The translations under genes and the position numbers were made by a program. A model generated the notes under the pieces. The model made no database searches. It saw only the letters and a program-made list of their open reading frames with translations, and had not been told where the DNA came from. Shown piece after piece: positions 45,128 to 58,700 of a stretch of 64,000 nt of DNA (within the stretch, counting starts at the first letter, position 1; the number at the start of each line of letters is the position of its first letter). The stretch lies in the NCBI GenBank assembly GCA_951406725.2, contig OX597819.1:77996001-78060000 (forward strand), in the 5' to 3' direction. The DNA is from Octopus vulgaris (lineage: Eukaryota).

Positions 45128-45560
45128 GGATCTATTCGGTTTGAACGGCAGTTTTTTCTAGCGATGTCATATGAAATTGTCACCCATAATTATGACCCTA
45201 GTATCAAGCTATTGCATTTCAATCTGTTTTAGGGTTAGGGTTAGGGTTAGTTAGGGTTAGGGGTGGGGGGAAGGGTATATTTTTTTCTTCAGAAATGTAA
45301 ATAAACCAAATCTGTTTCTTAAACGAGGGACATATTCATACGGCACAGAATGTTTTCACTTCAAAAGACGTCATTGATTGGTTGAAATCGCAGAAATTGA
45401 AGAAAAAAAACAACAAATATCTAACAAACTATAGAATTTTCTCGATAAAGCCAAGAGAAAAAGATGTTTTATAAACATATTCTACCAGTATACAAAGTTT
45501 AAAAGTGCTTAGTTACGTGGAAATTATTTTAAAAAACTGCCTGTCAAACCGAAAAGATCC
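45128..45560. mobile_element. MITE with 30 bp TIRs carrying internal (TTAGGG)n
   Basis: ggatctattcggtttgaacggcagtttttt / aaaaaactgcctgtcaaaccgaaaagatcc (27/30). TTAGGG repeats at 45229-45262. Appears to split an old family B SINE. Confidence 0.85.
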
Positions 45561-46139
45561 GACTGAAAAAAGAAAGAAAAAAATCTCATCGCACATGTGA
45601 TTTGAACTTAGAACGTAACTGCGTAACGTTGAACATTTTGTGCGGTAGTCTACTGATTCTTCCACATCACTTCTACCAACAAAAGAATGATAATAATAAT
45701 AGCAATGTGAGCAACTACAACTACAACAACAGCAACAACAACAACAGCAACAACAACGACAACAAAATTAACTCCAGTATCAATGAAAGAGAGCCTACCA
45801 TCACCACTATCACTGTGATTATCATCAACAACAGGCAATAACAAGAACATAACAAATATCGACTACGATAACAACAACTAGGACAACAACAATATCAGGG
45901 GCTTACATCAAGAGAAGCAGTAGCAGCAGCAGTAGTAGTAACGGCGGCAACAGCAGCAGCAGCAACAGTGCCAAGAACAACTATAATAGAATGAGCAACA
46001 TCATAAATCCATCACTAATGCCGTCTGACATGGCAAACACATTCAATAATATCTTAGCTGTGTGTGCCTGAGTATCGGCGAATGCATGGATGTGGTCATT
46101 TATTAACCGACTAGCGTGTGCGCGTTTCTAGATATGGGT

Positions 46140-46291
46140 ATATATGCATGTATACACACACATAAATGCATAAAACATACATATATACATACATACAGAC
46201 ATACATTCATGCATACATACATATATATGCATATATATATATGTATATGTATATACATATACATACATATATATCTACACATATATATATG

Positions 46292-46376
<85 letters not shown>

Positions 46377-46482
46377 TATATATACACATATATATAAGTT
46401 TATAGATACGTATATATCTATATATCTATAAATATACATATATGTATATTTATGTATATTTATGCATAATAATATGTATATA

Positions 46483-46518
<36 letters not shown>

Positions 46519-46658
46519 CGAAGATGCATACACATAAGTTATACATACAAGATTATACACCAGTACTCTACGTAAAGCACACACACCATACCTATACACA
46601 TGAACATAGACGCATACTTGCAGTATCATAGATATATGTGTATATGAATATACGCATG

Positions 46659-46700
<42 letters not shown>

Positions 46701-46840
46701 TACACACACATACAGGCGCACACAAATATATACACGCATATATGCCATCACTCTCCGTACAATACGAAACAATTTAAACTTATCTTCGAGTGTAAGATCG
46801 ACTTGTGGAACACATGGTACACATATATATTCTCGACTGC

Positions 46841-46873
<33 letters not shown>

Positions 46874-47082
46874 CATACATGCATACATATATATATATAT
46901 GTATGTATGTATATATATGTATGAATGTATGTATCTATATTTGTACGTTATTGATTGCAAACGTATGTGTATGTATGCATGCATATGTGTATATGCGTAT
47001 CTATATGTCCAAGCGCACTCATTTAATGTTACATATATCAGTGTGTGTGCATTTATGTATATACATATATATGCATATATAT

Positions 47083-47128
<46 letters not shown>

Positions 47129-47189
47129 TTATACATGTGTGTATGTATATATATATACATACCAATATATACACACATATATATATGTA

Positions 47190-47249
<60 letters not shown>

Positions 47250-47301
47250 TAAACATACCCACATGAACATACCCTGACACATTTACACACAACGACACAG
47301 A

Positions 47302-47359
<58 letters not shown>

Positions 47360-47360
47360 C
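46140..47360. repeat. (TA)n/(CA)n microsatellite cluster
   Basis: Visible. Confidence 0.9.
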
Positions 47361-47799
47361 ATTGTCTTATTTCCTCTACCCAACCGTTACCTCTATTAAA
47401 CAGACTTATCAGTGATATCTAGACAGTTGCGACCGAACCGTCCGTTATTTATGATTGTCATAATGAAAGCACTGCAAACTCTCATATTTACAAGAAGGCA
47501 GAACAGTGACGTCACAGCTTCAATCAAATCGACGGCAGGAGGCGCTCGCCAAATACACGCACGACTTTTCTATGGCCGCAAAAACCAGCAGTAAATTGTC
47601 AAATGATTCTTCTCCAGGTTAAACACCAGATGTTACAGACAAGATGATTAAAGTGTCACACACACACACACACACACACAGAAACAATACACATATACAC
47701 ACGTGCACAAGCACACAGATACACACAATTACACTGCAATACATATAATCAAGAACAAATGCACAAAGACAAATATACACATTGGCATATGGATTTCTA

Positions 47800-47898
47800 C
47801 ATACATACATATGAGTGCGTGCATATATATATATACATATGAATAGATAAAATTACACACATACATGTATATATATGCATATGTATACATATACATAC

Positions 47899-47951
<53 letters not shown>

Positions 47952-48147
47952 CATACACACATATGTATGTATGTATGTATGTATATATATATATGCGTAG
48001 ATAATGAGAGTTCATAATAATACTATATAACTTAATTTATGACTGTTTTTATGACTGCATATGTGTGTGTTTTTGTGTGTGTATACATACGCAAATTCGT
48101 ATTCCTTTACATGTTAGTGCGTATACACACACAAACACACACACATT

Positions 48148-48201
<54 letters not shown>

Positions 48202-48237
48202 TATATACACACACATATATATATATATATATGTATG

Positions 48238-48296
<59 letters not shown>

Positions 48297-48625
48297 GTGT
48301 ATGTATGTATATACTGAGAAACCTTTAGCTGTAACAGTTGCATCTATGCGTATATATGTTTTATTTAACACACTTCTCGACACATTTACATATATCAAAT
48401 TTTATGGATGCACATTGTTCATAAACATATGCATTTGTTCTCGTAAATGCAAACACACGCATATTATGTATACAAATGCATTTTCCTATGAATCATATAT
48501 ATATATATATGCATGTGTGAATGCCGATGCTTATGTATGTACGTATGTGTGTATGTATGTATGTACGTATGTATGTATGTATGTATGTGTGTGTGTATGT
48601 ATGTATGTATGTATGTGTGTACCTG
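47800..48625. repeat. (TA)n/(TG)n/(TATG)n microsatellite cluster
   Basis: Visible. Confidence 0.9.
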
Positions 48626-49019
48626 CGTAGGCATTTACGCATTATGGATTGATGGATGGCTATGTCTCAATGTGTATATGCATGCGTCTCTTTAAGAAAT
48701 AAATCGTTTTTCAATTAAAGAAAGGGTTACGTCGCTTGTGAGAGGGTGTAATAAAACATCATTATATTTTCAAACCATTTGACAAATAGATAAGTTATTT
48801 GGCTATTAGATAAGCCACACAGCATATATATATATATATATGTGTGTGTGTGTATACACACACAGAAACCGACACTTCGCCGTTGAGTTTCCATTTTAAT
48901 CATTCAGGCTCCTGTTCAGTGTGCGTGTGCGTGTGCGTGTGTGTGTGTGTGTGGATTTCTTTTTTTTTTTTTTTTTGATAATTTTAATTTATTCGTATTA
49001 ATTTTCACTATAGACTATT

Positions 49020-49250
49020 TGTTTGCAGTGTTGTTAGAGTAGCAGATAAAAGGTTTTGATGGCGTTTTTGTTCCAGACCTTTACACGCTTCTGAGTTCAA
49101 GTCTCGCACGTGTTAACTGTTTGCCTTTTGCTCTTTCGAGCTCTTTAGAATAAGGTAGCCGTACAATACTGGGTCGATGGTATCGAGTAATCCTCTTCCC
49201 TTCAAAATACCTATCCTTCTGCTTTTATCAGAAACAATTCCAGAAATCTG
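49020..49250 (+). mobile_element. Old SINE family B copy
   Basis: ttctgagttcaagtc..tttgccttt..ctgggtcgat. Confidence 0.55.
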
Positions 49251-50459
49251 GGCGCCTCTGCTCTTGTTCATCTGTCTTTTATCTTTTTTTTTTGTTTTTT
49301 GCTTTTTACTTGTTTCAGTCATTTGACAGCGGCCATGCTGGGGCACCACCTTGTACTTATTATATCAATGTAATCGATTTACTTATTATATTGATGTAAT
49401 CGATTTACCTCTCTCCCCTGCAACTGCTGGCCTTGTGGCCCTGTAACACAATTTAAAACCAATATTTCTGTCAAGTACTACTAGTAATGGAAAAGTAAGC
49501 AATGGAAATATAATTCGAAGGTTCGGTCGGAATATCGGCTGTCACTTTCGTCGGTGAATCGTATGCCATCAAAAGTTACAATTATTTCGATGCCCAGCTA
49601 ACGATTATGCCCCTACATGTCTCTTGTTTTGCTTACTAGCAACTAAACAACATCTAAATCTCCAGTTCGTCAGAAAATTGTGTCGGGATAAAAAGCGAGG
49701 TGGACATGCCTGGAACGCGCTTTTGATCAGTGGTCTCACGGATCAGGCTTAATGAGAAGCTATACACTACAATCAAAAAAATAATTCATTGATGAAGCAA
49801 TGATCGAGCTTCTACATAGCCGATTGCTCTGTTAGAAATAACACCCCAAATCTCTCTCAAATTATACGCCATAAATTTAGAAAAGAAAGGACGTGTTGGC
49901 TAATATAATCTTAAATCCACCATGGATAAAACAGAAATGGCATCAAGTATACCGGTTGAACCCTTTTTTCGAGTGAAAGCATACCAAGTCTAATTTGGGG
50001 CTGAATAACAATTATTCTATTGTAATCAGCTTGATGATTCATTTCTTATACTTAAAACATTTTCAGTTTTCCCGCTTGATAATAAATTTGTGTGGAGCAA
50101 ATATTGAAGTATTGTATAAAAGACTGTTTGTCTGTGTCATCGGAGCTAATTATTCTGTAAGCTTTTCATTAGATCGATAGACGCCCAATATCTGTTGCAC
50201 CCAATTTTGCGCAAATTGTCATACGCTTGTTGACGATCTCTCTCGTTGTTTCATCATTTTCTTTCACCCTGTCTTTCCGACACCGTTCCCATGTGGTATT
50301 TCTATAAATCTATCTGCACTCTGAAATGAGCGGTCCTACATTTAATGTTCCGAAACTGCCTTGATATCTATGCTTGTGTGTGTATGTGTGTTTTGTTTTT
50401 TTTTTGTTTTTTTTTTTGCTGCGTGTGTTCTAGCAGTTTACCAGTTCTTTGTGTTTAAC

Positions 50460-50943
<484 letters not shown>

Positions 50944-52574
50944 CACCATCCATACTACACAGATACAGCCAACAGCCAAAACGAATTGACCCAATAAAAA
51001 CCGCCGTTTGAATATCCTATATAGTCACCTAAATCATCGCAGAGTTGCATGTGATGGTATTGGTAGTAGTGGTGGTGGTGGTGGTATTAGTAGATGTGAC
51101 AGCTGTGATTGTAATGGGATGTTAATAATTGTGTTGGTGGCGTTAGTAGTTACCTTCATATTAGTGTGTTGTCCGTTTAGTGTTTGTTAGTAGCAATCAT
51201 ATTGCAGATAAGTATTCGTCGCTTGATTGAGTCACTAACTCACCCTTGTACACTAATCCGTCACGTGGTTACTCATTTTCAGCTGAGAGGACTGGAGCAA
51301 CTGTAGTCTGTATTTTCATGGTGTTGCTGGTAGAAATGACTGAATTTAATAGTTGTTGATAGCAATAGTATCTATCGTCGGTGTTCGGTGGCACAGCAGC
51401 TGTTAATTGTCGGTGTATTCTTAATTTTGATAGCGCGCTCTATATTCCACAAAAGTTGGTTTCAACTTCCAGAGTTGTTCATTATTGGCAGAGCACATGC
51501 AGGAAATATGTTGTTGAATCTTAACAATTCTCTTGTTAACCTTTTCATCATTTTTGCTAAATGATTTCATTTGGTTTCCGCAATCTCGTCAATAATTCGT
51601 AATCAGCTGTATCATCTTATGGCCCAGCGATATTTTAAACTGTTATTGAATTGTGTAGACTTTAATAATTATACTTTATGGTATTATTTGCTGCAATTTC
51701 TATAAAATAAGTGCAGATGATATTCTAGAGGAGAGCTATTTGACAGGAACCGCCTTTATAATATACGCGCATTTTATAATATATAGGTTTCCGTACACGT
51801 CTAAGATAAGCTATATTTCTTTTGGTTACTGTTTCGTATATGAACTGCATAATTTACAGAGCCGCATAGCCATACTCCATTCGTTAACATTATAATAAAT
51901 TCCAGTTCATAATCTCTCTGGTGGAACAGCATATAAACATTTCATGAATACAGCTTGTCATTTATACTTACAGATACGATTCACTAAACAGAGAACAGAA
52001 GCAGAAACAACAATACATTGTCCCAAGCACCACTTAAGCACCAATTTTAATAAGCCATAAATCATCAGCATGACAGGAGGAACAATACAGGGGAAAAAAA
52101 CTGGATTCTGATCGAAAAGACTTTCCATGTGTACATATTAGCAAACACAGAAACTCACACTGAGGTGGACCATTATTATCAGAAATGGAACCATGTCAGT
52201 ATTGACAGCCTTTCTTTGCACACACCGAATAAAATTGGTTTCTGAAGACAAGGTTCGTTTCGATTTTCTTTTAATTTTTTTTTTTTTTTTGCTTTTTTTT
52301 TCGTGTGACTTAGAGACGAAAATGCAGCATTCATATGTTTCAAAGCCACTGAAATTGTTGACGTGGAGACGAGAGGAGGAGAAAAGCTATGCTTAAATTA
52401 AAGTCTTGGTCCGGATGATTCCACTGAGGATGATAAAGGAACTTTCGACGCGGTTGAATAACCAATCCCGACCAGTCGGGATTCACAGTATGGTTTGTAC
52501 TATTCATTCTTTCGATCGCTGAATGTAAAACATGGCTCGTGAGATCTCCGTTCGGGTGATTTGTTTTTCCCCGA

Positions 52575-52750
52575 GTTACTAACTCACCCTTGTACACCAA
52601 TCCGTCACGTGGTTACTCATTTTCAACTGAGTGGACTAGAGCAACTTGAAATGAATTGTTTTGCTCAAAAACACAATGTATCGTTCGGTCCAGGAACTGA
52701 AACCACGATTTGGCGATCGTAAGTGCAACACTCTAACCATGTGCCCTCAC
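52575..52750 (-). mobile_element. Old tRNA-derived SINE; its 3' block recurs at 51235-51302
   Basis: actaactcacccttgtacac..ccgtcacgtggttactcattttca occurs twice; the head resembles 11660-11780. Confidence 0.6.
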
Positions 52751-52869
52751 GGATTCCACTAAGTGCAGTCAAAAGTCAGGTGGTTGTGCTCCCTAAAGCG
52801 GTAATGTCACCCATTCCCTGACAGAGTTCGGTATGATTTCTGTCCACCCAATTTAACTCTTGAGGTTGG

Positions 52870-53136
52870 ATCACTTTTTAAAGTTATCTCTACAGAAACT
52901 AGAGCCATCTCTGGAAGGTGCGACGTTTCGAAGACGAATACATCTCTACGTAAATAATGCGATCGAAGATAGACAAATAGAAAAAAAAAACTATTTACCT
53001 GTTTCACCTGTTTATTTGCCTATTTTTCTACCTTCGATCGCATTGTTTACAGATACGTATTCGTATACGAAACGTAACTTTCAGTGCTGGCTCTAATTTC
53101 TATGGAAAATCTGTAGAGATAACTTTTAAAAGTGAT
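52870..53136. repeat. Fold-back element with ~110 bp diverged inverted arms
   Basis: atcactttttaaagttatctctacaga..gacgtttcg..aatgcgatcgaag vs cttcgatcgcatt..cgaaacgta..tctgtagagataacttttaaaagtgat. Confidence 0.8.
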
Positions 53137-53959
53137 TATATAGCACTGCTAACACCGACAGGACACATTATTAACTTATAGGTCTTTAATATACTTGGTA
53201 GTATATAATGTTTGCATAACGAAATACGGTGTCCCTACGAGCAATTAAAGTTGGATTATTTTTAATGCCATGGTAGAAAACATTTATTTGCCCAGTGTGG
53301 ATTAACACTGAATCCACGCAGTTGCGGAGCGAACATCATTATTCCACGATCATTATTCATAAAACCAGCTGAAGACGCAGAAAATACATTCATCTTGAAA
53401 CCCTTTGTCATGGCCTGGGAGGAAAATTTGGGTTTTTTTCCAAATGATTTTATTCAGTAGGAACTGATATTTTATAGATATTTCCTTAAATTTCCCAATA
53501 AACCGTACATCTATGCATATATAAGACATAGCGGGTCTAGATATGGAAAAAGAAAAGACGAAGTTCTCAATACGCAAATCTACGCATAACTTTCGTAATG
53601 TATTCTTGCCGTTCACGAACAGCACAAGATTTTTGTAGAAAATATTTCCACAAGATCTGAGCAAACATTGATTTCGCATCCTATTAAAGTACAAAGACAA
53701 AAATGAAAATATAAAATAAGTCAGTGCAAAGTAACAGCTGCATAACTGATGATAAATACAAACTGACTGCTCGTATATTTAGTCGAATTTTCTAGCATAC
53801 CAGTGTCGTCAAATATACCGACAGTTTTATTAGAGAAAGAAAATGGCGTATCAAAACAATGAAAGAAACCATTGACAAGTGTCAGCAATCGAGTGAATAT
53901 TTGTACATACACATTTAAATTTAAGCACTTGAACAATTAGATACGGATGCAATGCCTAT

Positions 53960-54371
53960 ACTCTTTACTCTTTTTACTCTTTTACTTGTTTCAGTCATTT
54001 GACTGCGGCCATGCTGGAGCACCGCCTTTAATCGAGCAACTCGACCCCGGGACTTATTCTTTTGTAAGCCCAGTACTTATTCTATCGGTCTCCTTTGCCG
54101 AACCGCTAAGTAACGGGGACGTAAACACACCAGCATCGGTTGTCAAGCAATGCTAGGGGGACAAACACAGACACACAAACACACACACGCATATATATAC
54201 ATATGTACGACGGGCTTCTTTCAGTTTCCGTCTACCAAATCCACTCACAAGGTATTGGTCGACCCGGGGCTATAGCAGAAGACACTTGCCCAAGATGCCA
54301 CGCAGTGGGACTGAACCCGGAACCATGTGGTTGGTAAACAAGCTACTTACCACACAGCCACTCCTGCGCCT
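53960..54371 (-). mobile_element. SINE family A
   Basis: Full length, close to consensus. Confidence 0.92.
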
Positions 54372-54456
54372 ATTGAAAATATTATGTTGAAAATATTATC
54401 ATATATTTAATATATACATACATACGTACTCATACATACACACACACATATACATA

Positions 54457-54818
54457 TCTATTATATAAAATCCGTTCTGTCTATCTGTGTGTGTGCCTTC
54501 TAGGATCTCGGGCATCCTCCATCCGATTGCGCTCAAATTTGATGTGTAAATACCGACGGTATCAGGACGTGTATAAATCTTGAAAAAATTACAAAAATCG
54601 ATTCCAGATGAGAATGCGATCTATAAAGCCGTTTTTCTTTGAAAAAGAAAAAAAGTTTATCTTTATTTCTTCTTTGCTGGTGTCTCAAATTTAGGTTAAA
54701 TCAGTGTTTCTGAAAGAGGAGGCCTATGTCACGGTCGGACAAGTTGTTTTGAGAAAATTTGGTTTAAACGTTTGACAACTCTGCACCGTCCATTGGACGG
54801 GAGGGGGCGTTTTGCTCG
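54457..54818 (+). mobile_element. Non-autonomous Helitron
   Basis: A|TCTATTATATAAAA..tctgtctatctgt 5' end; subterminal hairpin ccgtcc-att-ggacgg (54786-54800); 3' CTCG|T (CTAG variant); no TSD. Confidence 0.65.
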
Positions 54819-55137
54819 TGTATATATATATATATATATATATGTATAAAGTGTTTTTAGGAGGTATGGGTGCTATTATCAATAGTTGTAGGAATCTTAA
54901 CCTATGTATAAAACATCCATTTTTCCAGGTTCACGTGGATCAGACACATTTTGTATAACCTGATGCCATTCCGTTGCCAGACCTCACCTGTTTCTAAGTA
55001 AGGTGATATTTCGCCATGACCAGACATGACTGCGTGAAAGATTGGAATCAAAGAACGTCTTGCATGGCAATGCCACTTGCTTAAATGTCCGATGTTACGG
55101 CAAAGGGACAATGAAACAAACTCATACACACACACAT

Positions 55138-55220
<83 letters not shown>

Positions 55221-55477
55221 CATACATACATATCGAGTTGTTTGTTGGTATAACTATGATGTTCTGGTGACCTCATGAGCTAGCTTTCTTTATTTGCATT
55301 GGTTTATCAATATACAATTGTATTGTATAATGCGGACCACACATATTAATGCAAACATGTAAGTATAACCTCTTCCACACTGAAATAAATACTACATGAA
55401 AAGGTTATGAAACAGCCGTAACCCCATTGAAGTCCTGTGGCTAAATAAATATATATTAACCTTTCATACCACGTGAC

Positions 55478-55736
55478 TTTTCTAACCTAGATCCAAGTTT
55501 CTAACCTAGATCCAAGGCTCCTTCATTGGAATTTCAGCAAAATCAACCTGGTATTTTTGTATGTATGTATGTATGTATGTATGTATGTATGTATGTATGT
55601 ATGTATGTATGTATGTATGTATGTACGGATGCATGTATGTATATATAACATTATTCTGTTTATTTCAAGATGTCTTGCCAATTGAAAAAGAACCGGTTTC
55701 TAACCTAGATCCAACATCGACAACAGGGTATTTTTG
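55478..55736. repeat. Two partial copies of a (TATG)n-anchored ~110 bp repeat (third copy at 57391-57504)
   Basis: tttctaacctagatccaa..ggtatttttg-(tatg)n. Confidence 0.75.
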
Positions 55737-55808
55737 TTTGTTTGTATGTATGTATTTATGTATGCATATATTTATGTATGTATACATGCATGTATATATG
55801 TATGTATG

Positions 55809-55992
55809 TTTCGGCGGACATCCCCGAAGTGGGCTGGTCCACTACTAATAAATAGTGGACTGACACAGTCAGTAGAGTCCGTCGGTGGAGGTACGCCGTT
55901 CGGACCAGTCCTGTAGAGACGACGAAATACGTCATCATGGGACATATCTGTGGCGACGAGGGTTCGGACAATATCGCCACTGGGACATATTA
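55809..55992. other. GC-rich, highly structured insert within (TATG)n
   Basis: Multiple perfect stems; see findings. Confidence 0.5.
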
Positions 55993-56440
55993 GTATGTAT
56001 GTATGTATGTATGTATGTATGTATGTATGTATGTATGTATGTATGTATGTATGTATGTATGTATGTATGTATGCATGCATGCATGCATGCATGCATGCAT
56101 GTATGTATGTATGCATGCATGCATGTATGTATGTATGTATGTATGTATGTATGTATGTATGCATGCATGCATGCATGCATGCATGTATGTATGTATGTAT
56201 GCATGCATGCATGCATGCATGCATGCATGCATGTATGTATGTATGTATGTATGTATGTATGCATGCATGCATGCATGCATGTATGTATGTATGTATGCAT
56301 GCATGCATGCATGCATGTATGTATGTATGTATGTATGTATGTATGTATGTATGTATGTATGCATGCATGCATGCATGCATGTATGTATGTATGTATGTAT
56401 GTATGCATGCATGCATGTATGTATGTATGTATGTATGTAT
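55993..56440. repeat. (TATG)n/(CATG)n alternating tetranucleotide array
   Basis: Visible. Confidence 0.95.
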
Positions 56441-56442
56441 TA

Positions 56443-56952
56443 CACTAACTTGCTTAGATCAAAATTTCTGATCTAAGCGTCTTAATATGTTTTCAGCGGT
56501 GTAGAATTTACAATGTAATTATTCTTTTTCATTCCAAGTGCCATTATATTAAACATTTGCGAAGAGGAACCATGCCACGCACAAAAACTTCAGTAGAACT
56601 ATCAGATTTTCAAAGAGGTCGTATTGTTGGGCAATCTGAGGCTGGTCTTAGCCAACGAAAAATTGCCGAAAATCTTCAAATTCCTCTTGCTACTGTTAAT
56701 AGAATTATGGTGCAATTCAAAAGCCAATGAAAAGAATCAACAGATTCTCGTCCCAGCCGACCTGGGCCCTCGGAAAGGAAGCTTCGCTATTTGAAGAGAA
56801 TTGTGGAAAACGAACCCCGTTCGAAGGCTTCTGACATTACAAAACAGCTAGAATTTAGTTCAAGAACGTGTGTTTCACATCTGCATAAGCTTGGGTATTA
56901 TAGGCGAGCAGCTAGAAGAAAACCTCTCCTTCAACCAATTAATATCAAAAGC
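56443..56952 (+). pseudogene. 5' part of a Tc1-family transposon (DNA-binding domain only)
   Basis: TA|CACT terminus. From ATG 56572: [65 protein letters not shown]. One stop; truncated next to a SINE. Confidence 0.85.
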
Positions 56953-56994
56953 TGTCTATTTGCTTCCTGCATGTCTGTGTGTGTATTTCTTTTA

Positions 56995-57389
56995 TTCATT
57001 TACTTGTTTCAGTCATGTTGACTGCGGCCATGTTGGAGCACCGCCTTAAAGCATTTTAGTCGAACAAATCGACCTCAAGACTTATTCTTTGTAAACCTAG
57101 TACTTATTCTATCGGTGTCTTTTGTCGAACCACTAAGTTACCTGGACATACACAAGCCAATATCAGTTGTCAAGCGATGATGGGAGGAACAAAAACAGAC
57201 ACACACACATAAATATATACATATGTATCTACGACTAGCTCCTTTCAGTTTCCGTCTATCAAATCCACTCACAAGGCTTTGGTTAACTCGAAGCTACAGT
57301 AGAAGACACTTGCCCAAGTTGCTACGCAGCGGAGCTGAATCCGGAACCATGTTGCTGAGAAATAAGTTTCGTACAACAAAGCCACGCCT
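56995..57389 (-). mobile_element. SINE family A
   Basis: Full length, diverged. Confidence 0.85.
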
Positions 57390-57636
57390 ATGTCATTATT
57401 CAGTATTATTTTAAGATTTCTTGTCAATCGAGAAAGAGCCAGTTTCTAACCTAGATCCAAGGCTCCTTCATTGGAATTTCAGCAACATCAACCCGGTATT
57501 TTTGTATGTATGTATGTAAGTATGTATGTATGTCTGCAGATTTGTATGTTTTGTTTTATGTACGCATTTTCATGCATATAGATGGATATCTAGACATGCT
57601 CATAGATACTTAAATGATAAACTTCTGGAAAGTTTT

Positions 57637-58047
57637 AGGCGCAGGAGTGGCTGTGTGGTAAGTAGCTTCTAACCAACCACATGGTTCCGGGTTCAGTCCC
57701 ACTGCGTGGCATCTTGGGCAAGTGTCTTCTGCTATAGCCTCGGGCCGACCAAAGCCTTGTGAGTGGATTTGGTAGACGGAAACTGAAAGAAGCCTGTCGT
57801 ATATATGTGTATATATATATAAGTGTGTGTGTATATGTTTGTGTGTGTGTGTTTGTCCCTCTAGCATTGCTTGACAACCAGTGCTGGTGTGTTTACGTCC
57901 CCGTCACTTAGCGGTTCGGCAAAAGAGATCCATAGAATAAGTACTGGGCTTACAAAGAATAAGTCCTGGGATCGATTTTCTCGACCAAAGGCGGTGCTCC
58001 AGCATGGTCGCAGTCAAATGACTGAAACAAGTAAAAGAGTAAAAGAG
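57637..58047 (+). mobile_element. SINE family A
   Basis: Full length. Confidence 0.92.
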
Positions 58048-58178
58048 AGATCTTTACAATTCCAGTGATCGCTTGAATCTGTAGTTTTCGAATAAGCTTT
58101 CTCCTCTCTAGTTTTGAGAAGCCTTATTTCTCAAGATTGGTATTTAGGCAGTGTGTTACGTACGTACGTACGTACGTA

Positions 58179-58238
<60 letters not shown>

Positions 58239-58239
58239 A

Positions 58240-58415
58240 TAGCATCTCGGCATTTCTTCCGCCTCTTTATCTTTTGAACTCTAAACCTAACGAGGCCAAT
58301 TTTGCTTTTCATTCTTTCCGGGGTTGATAATGTAAAGTACCAGTCAAATACTGGAGTCAATGCAATTGACTTGCCTCCGCCGACACAAAATTGCCCGCCT
58401 TGTGCCAACATTATA
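58240..58415 (+). mobile_element. Old SINE family B copy
   Basis: tttgcttttcattctttccggggttgataatgtaaagtaccagtc. Confidence 0.6.
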
Positions 58416-58439
58416 ACGAATTATTATACAGCAGCAAAA

Positions 58440-58700
58440 ACCATGAATATATCTAATTAAATTTTCTGAAGTTGTCCAAGTTTAACATAATATATAGAAG
58501 CTAAAATAGTTTCTATATATCTTGGTACATTTTTTGGAAGAATCCAACTTGAATATATTATATAGAAGCTAAAATACGTCTTTTTAGCTTGTTATGTTTT
58601 CTGCAAAAGATGTAGTTAAATATATTAATAGAGGCTAAAGCATTTTGTATATCGAGTTAATTTTTCTGGAAGAGTCCAAGTTAATTAAAAGCGAGGAAAT
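58440..58700. repeat. Degenerate AT-rich minisatellite, ~67 bp unit
   Basis: taga(a/g)gctaaa recurs at ~58495, 58563 and 58629. Confidence 0.55.

Noticed and set aside
45229-45262. Chromosome end or telomere fusion
   Set aside because: Only about five units, enclosed within MITE TIRs.
53140-53945. Minus-strand ORFs 53353-53700 and 53721-53936 as host exons
   Set aside because: No recognisable domain or convincing splice signals; cannot be supported without RNA or homology data.
55772-56476. Cys/His-rich MHAC/MYVC ORFs resembling metallothionein
   Set aside because: Translation of the (TATG)n/(CATG)n array.
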